Below the pieces are notes generated by a model. The model did no database searches, was not told the DNA's origin, and was given only the letters and a program-made list of their open reading frames with translations. Made by a program: the position numbers and the translations under genes. DNA of 64,000 bases from Candidatus Cloacimonadota bacterium (GTDB taxonomy: Bacteria; Cloacimonadota; Cloacimonadia; JGIOTU-2): contig JBNGBT010000005.1 in the NCBI GenBank assembly GCA_049903315.1, positions 128,001 to 192,000 of the forward strand, written 5' to 3'. Within the stretch, counting starts at the first letter, position 1. Each line of letters opens with the position of its first letter. This document shows, in pieces, positions 30,140 to 44,686 of this stretch.

Positions 30140-33100
30140 ATGATAAAAAAAGTTTTAACAAAGATTTTCGGTACTCAGTTCGAACGGGAAGTGAAAAAAA
30201 TCCAGCCCGTTGTTGATGAGATCAATCGCATTTATGCAGAGCTGTCATCTCTTTCTGAGGAGGAGCTTAAGCACAAAACTGTCGAGTTTAAAGAGAGAAT
30301 TCAACAGCGGATTGATGCCAAGCAAAAGCTTCTTGATGAGCTTGAATTAAAGTATGACGAAACCTCTGATGATAATGAGAAAGACCGCATCGGCTTCCAG
30401 ATAGATGATGCGAAGAAGGATCTCGATGAGGAAACTGCAAAAGTACTTGAAGATATTCTCCCCGAAGCATATGCAGTGATAAAGGAAACCTGTCGGCGTT
30501 TTGTCGGAACATCATGGTCTGTTCGCGGACGTGAAACGCAATGGAATATGATACCATACGATGTCCAACTAATCGGTGCGATCGCCCTGCATAAAGGGAT
30601 GGTCACAGAGATGAAAACCGGTGAAGGAAAAACCCTAGTCGCAACCATGCCTTTGTATTTGAACGCTCTTGTAGGCAAGGGTTCTCATCTTATTACGGTG
30701 AATGATTATCTTGCGCAACGTGATGCTGAATGGATGGGACAGATATACAAATATCACGGATTGACCGTAGGTTGTATATTTGGCGAACAAGAACCACCTG
30801 TACGAAGAGAGCAATACGTTGCGGATATCACCTATGGCACAAATAACGAATTTGGTTTTGATTATCTAAGAGATAATATGGCTGTTAGTCCAGACAGACT
30901 TGTACAGCGTGAGCATCATTATTGCATCGTTGACGAGGCAGACAGTGTGCTTATAGATGAGGCGCGAACACCGCTTATTATTTCGGGAACGGTTGAACAT
31001 TCGAAAAATTATTACAGAGAACTCAACCCACAGATACGTAAATTAGTGACCAAGCAGCAGCGATTGGTGAATGAGCTTTTATCTGAGATCAATACTATGA
31101 TAGAGAAGGGCACTGCTCAGGAAAATGAATTTGAATTCGGGAAGAAAATGCTTACTGTAAAGCGCGCTGCACCGAAATCAAAACGTTTCATGAAATTGCT
31201 GAAAGACGGCACGTATCAAAAGATCATGAATGATGTCGAGGGGCAGTATCTGCGAGAGAAGCAGCTTCATAAGATCGATGAACAGCTTTATTATGCGATC
31301 GACGAAGGACAGCGAAGTGCAGATCTCAATGAGATGGGGCAGGATGAACTCTCTAAATTTGACAGTTCACTGTTTGTCATGCCTGACCTTGATGAAGAGA
31401 TCGAAAAAATTAATAATGATGAATCGCTAGATAAAGCTGCAAAGCAGGTAAAAAAACAGAAATTACAGGAAGATTTCCTTGAAAAAAATGAGAAACTTCA
31501 TAACATTAAACAAATGCTTCTCGCATTTTCAATATTTGAAAAAGATGTAGAATATATTGTTTCTGATAATCGGGTAATAATCGTCGATCAGTTCACAGGA
31601 CGTATCATGCCCGGAAGGCGCTTTAGCGAAGGGCTTCATCAGGCCTTGGAAGCAAAGGAAAATGTTCAGATACAGGAAGCCACGCAAACACTTGCTACCA
31701 TTACACTTCAGAACTATTTCCGAATGTATACGAAACTCGCAGGTATGACAGGTACTGCCATTACGGAGCAGGTTGAATTTGAAGAAATTTACAAACTACC
31801 CGTTATCGAGATACCAACAAACGAACCGATACGCCGGATTGATTATGACGATCTTATCTATAGAACGAAAAAAGAAAAATATGAAGCACTCACTGATGAA
31901 ATTGAAGATATGTATAAGCAGCGCAGACCGGTACTTGTAGGTACGATATCTGTTGAAGTATCAGAGATAATCAGCAGGTTGCTGAAAAGGAAAAATGTCC
32001 CTCACGAAGTTTTGAATGCCAAATATCACGAAAAAGAAGCTGAGATCGTTGCGTATGCCGGTATGCCAGGATCGGTGACTATCGCGACAAATATGGCTGG
32101 TAGGGGAACTGATATCAAACTTGGTGAAGAAGTCGTACGGTGTGATACTTGTGTCATAGATTGTGTGGGAGATTGTGAAAATGCTGGCAATAATAAGCCC
32201 ACATCCGAACATAACTGCAAGGAAGAAATGCCATGTGGTTTACATATTATTGGAACTGAACGGCATGAAAGCAGGCGAATAGACAGGCAGCTTCGGGGAC
32301 GAAGCGGTCGGCAGGGTGATCCGGGTTCGTCAAAATTCTTCCTCTCTCTCGAAGATGACCTGATGAGGATATTCGGATCGGATAAAATTGCTGGTCTCAT
32401 GTCTCGAATGGGACTCGAAGAAGGTGATGCGATCAAGCATCCATGGATGACAAGAGCAGTTGAAAATGCGCAGAAAAAAGTGGAGGGTCACAACTTCGAA
32501 ATACGTAAGCAGCTCATAAAATATGACGATGTAATGAACCAGCAGAGAGAGGTGATTTACTCATATAGGAGAAAAGTACTGAGAGGATTGGATCTTCGTG
32601 ACGAAATTCTGGAAATGCTTGATGATACGATAAATAGCAGAGTTTCCTCATTTATTGGTTCAAGTGAATATGAAGAGAATTGGCCCCTTGAAGACATCAT
32701 AAGCTGGTTTGAAAATGAGTTGGGAGTCAAACTTAATATTTCCCTGGAACTCGGCTCGATCAGGAATCAGGAAGACCTTGTGGATATTCTTTATGAACAG
32801 CTTATAAAAGCGTATGCTGATAAAGAAAAACATTTTGAAGATGAGCAGAGAAAGCTTGAGCGTTATGCTCTTTTAAAAGTTGTTGATGAGCAGTGGAAAG
32901 ATCACTTATACGAGATGGATCGTTTGAAAGAAGGTATCGGATTGCGAGCCTATGGACAAAAGGATCCACTGATAGAATACAAAAAAGAAAGTTATCAACT
33001 CTTTCTTAACTTGATAGATTCAATAAAAGAAAAAGTAATAAAAAATGTTTTCACACTCTATCCCGCATTATATTATCAGGTGCAGGACAGGGTGAAGGAT

Positions 33101-33331
33101 ATGCAACTTTCTCATAAAGAGCGAACTGCTTTTGACCACGCTACTTCACGTACCCAAGAGCAGAGAGAACAGATGCAGCACATGCAGCAAGAGCCCAGTC
33201 AAACTCAACGACAGCCTGAGGAGCGAAAGCTTCAACCCATGAGAAGAGATGCAGAAAAAGTGGGAAGAAATGATCCCTGTCCATGCGGAAGTGGTAAAAA
33301 ATATAAGCATTGCTGCGGACAGAAAGGATAG
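30140..33331 (+). CDS. secA: Preprotein translocase ATPase SecA (long form, SEC-C motif)
   Basis: EMKTGEGKT, TVNDYLA, DEADSVLIDEARTPLIISG, TNMAGRGTDI, HESRRID.QLRGRSGRQGDPG, GRNDPCPCGSGKKYKHCC. Confidence 0.98.
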   Translation: MIKKVLTKIFGTQFEREVKKIQPVVDEINRIYAELSSLSEEELKHKTVEFKERIQQRIDAKQKLLDELELKYDETSDDNEKDRIGFQIDDAKKDLDEETAKVLEDILPEAYAVIKETCRRFVGTSWSVRGRETQWNMIPYDVQLIGAIALHKGMVTEMKTGEGKTLVATMPLYLNALVGKGSHLITVNDYLAQRDAEWMGQIYKYHGLTVGCIFGEQEPPVRREQYVADITYGTNNEFGFDYLRDNMAVSPDRLVQREHHYCIVDEADSVLIDEARTPLIISGTVEHSKNYYRELNPQIRKLVTKQQRLVNELLSEINTMIEKGTAQENEFEFGKKMLTVKRAAPKSKRFMKLLKDGTYQKIMNDVEGQYLREKQLHKIDEQLYYAIDEGQRSADLNEMGQDELSKFDSSLFVMPDLDEEIEKINNDESLDKAAKQVKKQKLQEDFLEKNEKLHNIKQMLLAFSIFEKDVEYIVSDNRVIIVDQFTGRIMPGRRFSEGLHQALEAKENVQIQEATQTLATITLQNYFRMYTKLAGMTGTAITEQVEFEEIYKLPVIEIPTNEPIRRIDYDDLIYRTKKEKYEALTDEIEDMYKQRRPVLVGTISVEVSEIISRLLKRKNVPHEVLNAKYHEKEAEIVAYAGMPGSVTIATNMAGRGTDIKLGEEVVRCDTCVIDCVGDCENAGNNKPTSEHNCKEEMPCGLHIIGTERHESRRIDRQLRGRSGRQGDPGSSKFFLSLEDDLMRIFGSDKIAGLMSRMGLEEGDAIKHPWMTRAVENAQKKVEGHNFEIRKQLIKYDDVMNQQREVIYSYRRKVLRGLDLRDEILEMLDDTINSRVSSFIGSSEYEENWPLEDIISWFENELGVKLNISLELGSIRNQEDLVDILYEQLIKAYADKEKHFEDEQRKLERYALLKVVDEQWKDHLYEMDRLKEGIGLRAYGQKDPLIEYKKESYQLFLNLIDSIKEKVIKNVFTLYPALYYQVQDRVKDMQLSHKERTAFDHATSRTQEQREQMQHMQQEPSQTQRQPEERKLQPMRRDAEKVGRNDPCPCGSGKKYKHCCGQKG

Positions 33332-33345
33332 ATCGGAAAATAGTT

Positions 33346-35541
33346 ATGGCAAAAAATTTACTCATTGTTGAATCTCCAACGAAATCAAAAACAATAAGCC
33401 AGTACCTTGGAAAAGATTTTCACATTCTTGCCTCAATGGGGCATATTCGCGATCTCCCTCAAAAGGAATTCGGAATTAATCTCAAAGATGATTTCAAACC
33501 GACCTATGTGTTGGATCCGAAAAAATCCAAGATTGTGAATAATATCAAACAAGCTGCAAAAGAGAGCGACAACATCTATCTTGCATCAGATAATGACAGG
33601 GAAGGTGAAGCAATTGCTTGGCATCTCAAAGAGATATTGAAAAATATCATTCCTGAAGAAGATATATATAGGATTGTGTTCAACGAAATTACACGTGATG
33701 CAATTATTGAAGCAATTGAGAAACCAACTCATGTTGATGACAATAAAGTTAATGCGCAGCAGGCACGCCGAATTCTCGATAGGATAGTCGGTTACAAAGT
33801 GAGTCCCATACTGTGGAAGATCATTACGAAAAATCTTTCTGCAGGCAGGGTTCAGACCGTTGCGTTGCGCCTTATATGCGAGCGGGAACATGAGATTAGA
33901 GATTTTGAACCTCAGGAATATTGGTCCATCGAAGCAGATCTGAAAAAGAATATCGAATTCAAAGCTCAACTGAAAAAATACGCAAATAAAGTTATCAAGC
34001 TGAACACAAAAGAAGAAGCTGAAGTAATATTTGAAAAACTCAAAAATGCAGATTTCATAGTTAAGGATGTGAAGAAAGAAGAGAGATCTGTTACTCCTTT
34101 TCCCCCTTTTATCACAAGTACTCTACAGCAGGAAGCATCAAAGTTGCTTGGATTCTCCATCAAAAAAACTATGCAGATCGCGCAGCAGCTTTACGAAGGT
34201 GTGACAGTACATGGACGAAACACCGGACTTATTTCCTATATGAGAACTGACTCTGTTCGTATATCAAATAAAGCGAATTTCCAGGTGAGAAAATATATTA
34301 AAGATTCATTTCCGGAAGAGTATTTGAATTCCTATATTCGTAAATATAAGAATAAAAGTAAAGCACAGGATGCTCATGAAGCGATACGTCCCACAAATTC
34401 ATTCACAACACCGGAATCAATCAAAGAATACCTGTCAAAAGATCAGTACAAGCTCTACAATCTTATCTGGAAACGATTTGTTGCCACGCAGGTTGCTAAT
34501 ACGCGTCTTGAGAATGTCACAGCACAGATCGAAGCGGAAAAAGGACTATTCGAATCACAAGCAGGTATGATACTATTTGATGGATTTTTAAAGGTCTATC
34601 CACATGTACAAATAAAAAATCTCAAAGAAACCTTTCCTGAGCTTGCACAAAATGATATAGTCGAGTTGCTGAAGCTTAATCAAGAGCAGCATTTCACACA
34701 ACCTCCTGCGCGCTACACAGAAGCTTCACTGGTAAGAAAGCTCGAGCAGGAAGGCATTGGACGTCCAAGTACATATGCGCCCATTATTTCCACAATCATA
34801 CAGAGAAAATACGTCACGCTTCAAAAAAAGAAATTTTTTCCGACAGAACTTGGAGAAACAGTAGAAACTTTTCTCATTGATAAATTTGAAGATTTCTTTA
34901 ACGTGAAATTTACTGCTGATATGGAGAATAAGCTCGATAATATCGAAAATGGAGATCTGGATTGGATTGAAATTCTCGCAAAATATTATGAAAAATTTAT
35001 CAGTCATTTGGATAAGATAGATATCTCCAAAGAAAAGAAGAAACACGAACAAAAAACCGATATCGTTTGTGATAAGTGTGGATCTCCGATGGTCATTAAG
35101 TATGGAAAATACGGCAAATTTCTCGCCTGTTCTGCTTTTCCCAAATGTAAAAATGTGAAATCTCTCGATGAGAACGAGAAGCCCGTTGAAGAGGAAACTG
35201 GTGAAAAGTGTCCTAAATGCGGTGGTAGAATACTTTTAAAGAACGGAAAGTTCGGCAAATTTTATGCGTGCGAGAATTATCCAAAATGTAAGTATACCAA
35301 ACCGTTTACAATAGGGATTAAATGCCCTCTCTGTGGCGGAGAGCTTATCGAGAGGAAAGGTAAGCAGAATAAGACATACTATACTTGTTCCAATTATCCT
35401 ACATGTAAATTTATGACAAATAAAAAACCCGTTGTACTCAAATGTCCTGATTGTGAAGCAGAATCCATGTTTGAGAAACCTTCACGAAAGAAAGTTAAAA
35501 CACTTGTCTGTGAAAAGTGCGGGAAAGAAATAGTATCATGA
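33346..35541 (+). CDS. topA: DNA topoisomerase I
   Basis: LLIVESP.K, ASMGHIRDL, DNDREGEAI, SAGRVQ, ISYMRTDS (catalytic Tyr), QDAHEAIRPT, GIGRPSTY, C4 zinc ribbons. ATG at 33346. Confidence 0.97.
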   Translation: MAKNLLIVESPTKSKTISQYLGKDFHILASMGHIRDLPQKEFGINLKDDFKPTYVLDPKKSKIVNNIKQAAKESDNIYLASDNDREGEAIAWHLKEILKNIIPEEDIYRIVFNEITRDAIIEAIEKPTHVDDNKVNAQQARRILDRIVGYKVSPILWKIITKNLSAGRVQTVALRLICEREHEIRDFEPQEYWSIEADLKKNIEFKAQLKKYANKVIKLNTKEEAEVIFEKLKNADFIVKDVKKEERSVTPFPPFITSTLQQEASKLLGFSIKKTMQIAQQLYEGVTVHGRNTGLISYMRTDSVRISNKANFQVRKYIKDSFPEEYLNSYIRKYKNKSKAQDAHEAIRPTNSFTTPESIKEYLSKDQYKLYNLIWKRFVATQVANTRLENVTAQIEAEKGLFESQAGMILFDGFLKVYPHVQIKNLKETFPELAQNDIVELLKLNQEQHFTQPPARYTEASLVRKLEQEGIGRPSTYAPIISTIIQRKYVTLQKKKFFPTELGETVETFLIDKFEDFFNVKFTADMENKLDNIENGDLDWIEILAKYYEKFISHLDKIDISKEKKKHEQKTDIVCDKCGSPMVIKYGKYGKFLACSAFPKCKNVKSLDENEKPVEEETGEKCPKCGGRILLKNGKFGKFYACENYPKCKYTKPFTIGIKCPLCGGELIERKGKQNKTYYTCSNYPTCKFMTNKKPVVLKCPDCEAESMFEKPSRKKVKTLVCEKCGKEIVS

Positions 35542-36797
35542 AATATTCCGAAGTTTTTGTTTCGGGTATCAAAAGCATTTTATCGCATAAATTGCGTTCA
35601 TTCCTTACATTGGCAGGCATTATGATCGGCGTGGCTGCAGTTACTACAATGTTTTCCTCAGTCGAGGCAATGAAAAATCTTATCGAAGAGACCATCAGTT
35701 CTCTCGGTTATGATAATGTGATCGTGCTCTATTCAAAATATCCTGATACGAGTAATGATCAGTTAAAAAAATATAATTCTGTAAAACGGTTTCAGCAGAT
35801 CAATTATAGCGATTATGAAGCATTAAAGGAAAATCTTCAAAATATCGAATATATTTATCCTACTATAGATGACCAACGTAACACAATCATAAATGGCAAG
35901 AAAAGCCAGATCCGTTTAAAAGGAATACACAACACTTTTTTTACAGAAAAAAACTATTTTATAGAGGAAGGCAGGGATTTTAATACCATTGAATCACAAA
36001 ATGGTGAAAATGTCTGTGTGCTTGGTAAAACGTTGAGCACTAAGCTTTTCCCCAAAGGAAATGCAATCGGGCAGTTTATTTCGATCGGAGATATTCGGAT
36101 AAAGATCATTGGGATCATTGATTATGAATCCAGCGAGAGTAGCTTTGCACAAGGGAATGAATGGGAGAGGAGAATGGCACTTGAATCGTGCTATGTTCCA
36201 ACTAAATTTGCAGCAAAATATCTTCGACCATCAATGAACATAGATGTTATCTGGATAAAAGCAAAAGATGCTGAGGGCGTAGGTGACGTTTATAATCTAG
36301 CAATTCAGACTTTACGCTCGCGCCATAATATGGCAGATGATGTCGGTATGAGAGATATCAGTAGTACGATGCTTGAAGTCAGGCAGCAGGTGAATGAATT
36401 TTTAAAGAACTGGAATATTATTCTTCTGGCGATTTCCAGCATCTCACTTTTTACAGGGGGAATCGGGCTGTTCAGTATTTTGCTCATATCAATCACAGAA
36501 CGCATGAAAGAGATCGGCATCCGTAAAAGTATCGGTGCTAAGAATAGAGATATTTTTTCCTACTTTCTTTTTGAATCGATCATTCTTGCGCTCTTTGGCG
36601 GCATCGTTGGATCAGGTCTGGCACTTTTGCTCATAGGGGCACTCAGCCGAGCACTGAAGGTTGATGTATCATTTCCAATTATGGGTATTACTGTGGGACT
36701 GTCTTTTGCCATCATTGTGGGTTTGGTTTCAGGATTTTATCCCGCATACAAAGCATCGAAAATAGATCCGATCAAAGCAATTTTTTATACGGAGTAA
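35538..36797 (+). CDS. MacB/FtsX-family ABC transporter permease
   Basis: KLRSFLT..GIMIGVAAV, ITERMKEIGIRKSIGA, FLFES, YPAYKASKIDPI; ATGA overlap with the topA stop. Confidence 0.9.
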   Translation: MKYSEVFVSGIKSILSHKLRSFLTLAGIMIGVAAVTTMFSSVEAMKNLIEETISSLGYDNVIVLYSKYPDTSNDQLKKYNSVKRFQQINYSDYEALKENLQNIEYIYPTIDDQRNTIINGKKSQIRLKGIHNTFFTEKNYFIEEGRDFNTIESQNGENVCVLGKTLSTKLFPKGNAIGQFISIGDIRIKIIGIIDYESSESSFAQGNEWERRMALESCYVPTKFAAKYLRPSMNIDVIWIKAKDAEGVGDVYNLAIQTLRSRHNMADDVGMRDISSTMLEVRQQVNEFLKNWNIILLAISSISLFTGGIGLFSILLISITERMKEIGIRKSIGAKNRDIFSYFLFESIILALFGGIVGSGLALLLIGALSRALKVDVSFPIMGITVGLSFAIIVGLVSGFYPAYKASKIDPIKAIFYTE

Positions 36798-36806
36798 TAC
36801 ATTATC

Positions 36807-40850
<4,044 letters not shown>

Positions 40851-40851
40851 C

Positions 40852-41301
40852 ATGTCTCGAGATTCGTATTCTTCGGAACATGTAAGCGCTTCTGAGGAGG
40901 AAACTTCCCGGATTGCAAAGGATTTTGCTGATCAGCTGAAGATCGGGGATGTCGTGGCACTCAAAGGCGAACTGGGAAGCGGTAAAACCTTTTTTGTAAA
41001 AAAAATAGCTGAAGAACTAGGTTTTGACGGATATGTTTCAAGCCCGACTTTTACCATTCTGAATATTTATGAAGCTTCTACCTATCTTTATCATTTTGAT
41101 TTCTATCGTCTGAAAAATATCGAAGAAATTGAAAAGATCGGGTTTTCCGACCTGCTCATGGAAGAAGGTATTTTTTTTATTGAATGGCCTGAAAAAGCAG
41201 AAGAATTACTTCCGGATGAATATTTTGAAGTAAGATTTGACATTGTAAATGCAACGCAAAGAAATTTAAGTATTAAGAAGATTGAAAAAAAGAGGACGTA
41301 A
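40852..41301 (+). CDS. tsaE: t6A biosynthesis ATPase TsaE
   Basis: GELGSGKT, SSPTFTI, HFDFYRL, IEWPE. Confidence 0.95.
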   Translation: MSRDSYSSEHVSASEEETSRIAKDFADQLKIGDVVALKGELGSGKTFFVKKIAEELGFDGYVSSPTFTILNIYEASTYLYHFDFYRLKNIEEIEKIGFSDLLMEEGIFFIEWPEKAEELLPDEYFEVRFDIVNATQRNLSIKKIEKKRT

Positions 41302-41302
41302 A

Positions 41303-42649
41303 ATGTCACAATTGATGAAAAGCGTTTCAGGGATACGCGGAATTGTCGGAGACTCACTTCATGCCGAGCTTGTGTTATCCTTTGCCAAACGTTTTGGAGT
41401 ATTTTCAGGACGCGGAAAAGTGGTTGTCGGAAGAGATTCTCGTACTACTGGAAAAATGCTCCTCAGCGCTGTTTCAGCAGGTTTGATGTCAGTGGGTGCA
41501 GATGTGATCGATCTGGGGATTTGCCCAACGCCAACAGTACTTCTCGCGGTTGAAAACCTAGAAGCTGACGGAGGTATCGCGATCACTGCAAGCCATAATC
41601 CGCCTGAATGGAATGCCCTGAAACTCATAAACAATACCGGTACTTTTCTCACTCCTGAACAATCAATAAAGTTCTGGGATATTTCCAAAGATGAACTGGT
41701 TGATCTTGATTGGGCTCACACAGGTTCATTCTCTCAATATGCTTTCGCAATTGAAGATCATATCAAAGCAATAATGGAACTCAGTATCATCCCAACAGAA
41801 AAAATAATTGAGAAACACTTCAAAGTAGTGATAGATTCCACAAATGGAGCAGGCGGCTTGATGTCCCCGCAATTTCTCAGAGAACTCGGTTGTGAAGTCA
41901 TAGAGCTGTATTCAGAACCGAATGGTATGTTCTCCCGCATTGCGGAACCTACTGCTCAAAATCTTGGAGTTCTGGAATCAGAAGTCTTGAAACACAATGC
42001 TGATATCGGCTTTGCGACAGATCCCGATGTAGATAGATTATCAATAGTATCTAATAAAGGAATTGCGCTTGGTACAGAGTACACACTCCTGCTGGCAGAA
42101 AAATATGTACTGTCACAAACGAAGGGGAATATCGCAACAAACTTATCTTCATCAATGGCTTCGGATGTAATCGCACAAGAGAATAATGTTAAAATTTTTC
42201 GGTCTCCTGTGGGTGAGATAAACGTAGCAGAAGCAATGAAAGAGCATAATTGCGTGATTGGTGGTGAGGGCAATGGGGGAATTATATTTCCCGGGCTTCA
42301 TTTTACTCGTGATGCTCCTCTTGGTATGGCACTCATCCTTTCATATATGACAACTTCAGGTAAATCAATTTCTGATCTTGCAGCAGAAATTTCGAAATAT
42401 TACATCTACAAAACTAGGCTGGATATCTCAGAAGATACTGATTTTGATGAAGTGAAGAGAAACATCATTCAAGACTATTCTTATAAAAAACTTGATACGC
42501 AGGACGGTATTAAAATTATTGATCCTGAGTTTTGGATTCATATAAGGAAATCCGGAACAGAACCCATCGTGCGAATTATTGCAGAAAGCAGCTCGGAAGA
42601 TGAGTCAAAAAAACTGTGTAAGAAAATTTTTCAAAAATATTTTGGGTAA
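41303..42649 (+). CDS. glmM: Phosphoglucosamine mutase / phosphohexomutase
   Basis: SVSGIRG, GRDSR, TASHNP (phospho-Ser), DPDVDR, GGEGNGG, RKSGTEP. Confidence 0.8.
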   Translation: MSQLMKSVSGIRGIVGDSLHAELVLSFAKRFGVFSGRGKVVVGRDSRTTGKMLLSAVSAGLMSVGADVIDLGICPTPTVLLAVENLEADGGIAITASHNPPEWNALKLINNTGTFLTPEQSIKFWDISKDELVDLDWAHTGSFSQYAFAIEDHIKAIMELSIIPTEKIIEKHFKVVIDSTNGAGGLMSPQFLRELGCEVIELYSEPNGMFSRIAEPTAQNLGVLESEVLKHNADIGFATDPDVDRLSIVSNKGIALGTEYTLLLAEKYVLSQTKGNIATNLSSSMASDVIAQENNVKIFRSPVGEINVAEAMKEHNCVIGGEGNGGIIFPGLHFTRDAPLGMALILSYMTTSGKSISDLAAEISKYYIYKTRLDISEDTDFDEVKRNIIQDYSYKKLDTQDGIKIIDPEFWIHIRKSGTEPIVRIIAESSSEDESKKLCKKIFQKYFG

Positions 42650-42655
42650 GCTATA

Positions 42656-43612
42656 ATGGAAAAATTTACCGGATGGTTGCATAATCTCACAAATATCGAA
42701 CAGAATATTTTGGGCAAGATCGTTGTTACAATAGCACTACTTGTTGTTCTGAAAATCATTCATCTGATAATACTCAAAGTAATGTTTAAGAACATCGAGG
42801 AGCCAAGGAAACGCTATCGCTGGAAAAAAACGCTTACGTATATTTTTGTTTTTATCGGATTCCTGGTCGTGGGTCGGGTTTGGTTCCAGGCATTTCAGTC
42901 TTTTGCAACTTTTCTCGGCTTGCTCACTGCAGGTCTTGCTATTGCTCTGAAAGATATTATTACGGATATTGCAGGATGGATATTTATTGTGTGGCGCAGA
43001 CCGTTCGAGGTCGGTGACAGAATTCAAGTTGGTCAACATGCTGGAGATGTGATAGACATTAGGCTTTTCCAGTTCAGTTTGCTGGAAATCCGCAACTGGA
43101 TTGATGCAGATCAGAGTACAGGCAGGATCATCAATGTTCCGAATAGTAAAGTGTTGAATGACGTTTTGGCAAATTTCAGTAAAGGATTTCAATATATCTG
43201 GAATGAAATTCCGGTATTGATCACTTTTGAGAGCAACTGGAAAAAAGCAAAGGTGATTTTGCAGGAAATTGGCGACAAACATGCCCAGCATCTCACACCT
43301 CATGCAGAACGCCGGGTCAAGGAAGCATCCCGCAAATTCATGATCTTTTATAATAACCTAAAACCAATTGTGTATACAAGCGTGAAAGAGAGCGGTGTAA
43401 TGCTGACTATCCGTTTTCTCTGTGAACCCAGGCGCAGACGAGCAAGCGAACATGCTATCTGGGAGGATATCCTGACAGTTTTTAATAGTACAGAAGGAAT
43501 TGATTTTGCCTATCCTACGCGAAGATTTTATAATGAGAGTCTCAAAAATTACTCAGCTTTAAATACCGGAAAATTAGAAGAAATCAATGAAAAAACCATT
43601 AAGGGAGATTAG
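42656..43612 (+). CDS. Small-conductance mechanosensitive channel (MscS family)
   Basis: GLAIALKD, RPFEVGDRIQ, GDVIDI, VPNS, IDFAYPT. Confidence 0.9.
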   Translation: MEKFTGWLHNLTNIEQNILGKIVVTIALLVVLKIIHLIILKVMFKNIEEPRKRYRWKKTLTYIFVFIGFLVVGRVWFQAFQSFATFLGLLTAGLAIALKDIITDIAGWIFIVWRRPFEVGDRIQVGQHAGDVIDIRLFQFSLLEIRNWIDADQSTGRIINVPNSKVLNDVLANFSKGFQYIWNEIPVLITFESNWKKAKVILQEIGDKHAQHLTPHAERRVKEASRKFMIFYNNLKPIVYTSVKESGVMLTIRFLCEPRRRRASEHAIWEDILTVFNSTEGIDFAYPTRRFYNESLKNYSALNTGKLEEINEKTIKGD

Positions 43613-43613
43613 A

Positions 43614-43895
43614 ATGACGACGTATGACAAAGATTCAGAGGAGTACAAAACAGCGAAAGTCCGTGTCGAAGAGATACGAGGATTTTGGTCGCATCTGGCT
43701 GTTTTCATCATAGTAAATATTGGATTATTTGTTATTAATATGTTAACCTCACCTCATCAACTATGGTTCTATTGGCCGCTTATTGGATGGGGGATTGGTT
43801 TGTTCGCTCACGGCTTCCATGTATTCGGTGCGCGGGGTATATTTGGCAAGGATTGGGAGGAACGCCAGATCAACAAATATATGGATAAGAAGTAA
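43614..43895 (+). CDS. 2TM domain-containing protein
   Basis: GFWSHL..F..VN, WFYWPLIGWGIGL..H, WEERQI..YM; ATG 43614 after GGGAG. Confidence 0.85.
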   Translation: MTTYDKDSEEYKTAKVRVEEIRGFWSHLAVFIIVNIGLFVINMLTSPHQLWFYWPLIGWGIGLFAHGFHVFGARGIFGKDWEERQINKYMDKK

Positions 43896-43960
43896 TAAAA
43901 GAGAGTTAACTTAATTTATTTTTATATTGTTAGTTAGAAGCTCGCTTCTTATATTTTAGG

Positions 43961-44686
43961 TTAGATATTTCCGAGTAGTTTTTCTGCTTCAATAAGATCG
44001 TCTTCTGTATCAATTCCAAAGCCCTGATATTTAGTAATAATTACTTTAATTTTTATTCCATTTTCAAGTAAACGAAGCTGCTCCAGCTTCTCTGCTTTTT
44101 CCAAGTTTAATTGCGGGAGTTCTGCAAATTTCATCAAAGCATTTTTTCTGAATGCATACACTCCGATATGTCCCAGATAATTGAAATTTTTATCAGATCT
44201 CAGGTAGGGAATAACTGAGCGGGAAAAATAGAGTGCATTTCCTTGTCTATCACATATAACTTTTACTCGATTTGGATTTGTGATTTCTGCTTCATCGCAT
44301 AAAGGATGAGCCAAAGTCGCAATAGAAGTTGAACTTTCTTGAAAACAATTGAGAAGTTCATAGAGTTCTTCTTTTCCAAGAAAAAGCTCGTCTCCTTGTA
44401 TGTTCACAACAATATCAGCTTCGATAGAGCGAGCTATCTCTGCGACACGATCGGAACCGGACAGATGTGCTTTACTGGAAATCACCACATTTCCACCAAA
44501 AGATTCGACTTCTTTTTTGATCCTCTCGTCATCAGTCGCAACGATGACCTGTGCAAAGAGTTTCATATTTACTACATTCTCATAAATATGCTGTATCAGT
44601 GATTTCCCGGAAATTGATCTTAAGGGTTTGCCCGGAAGCCGTGTTGAAGCAAATCTACAAGGAATGACTGAAATGATTTTTAGCAT
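43961..44686 (-). CDS. kdsB: 3-deoxy-manno-octulosonate cytidylyltransferase
   Basis: IPCRFASTRLPGKPL, VATDD, SGSDR, NIQGDE, ALYFSRS.IP, HIGVYAF, LEQLRLLE, GIDT. Confidence 0.95.
   Translation of the reverse strand: MLKIISVIPCRFASTRLPGKPLRSISGKSLIQHIYENVVNMKLFAQVIVATDDERIKKEVESFGGNVVISSKAHLSGSDRVAEIARSIEADIVVNIQGDELFLGKEELYELLNCFQESSTSIATLAHPLCDEAEITNPNRVKVICDRQGNALYFSRSVIPYLRSDKNFNYLGHIGVYAFRKNALMKFAELPQLNLEKAEKLEQLRLLENGIKIKVIITKYQGFGIDTEDDLIEAEKLLGNI

Noticed and set aside
35538..36797. ABC permease without an ATPase gene
   Set aside because: Orphan MacB-type permeases are common; the partner is probably elsewhere.
42737..43303. 188-aa antisense ORF
   Set aside because: Shadow of the mscS-family gene.
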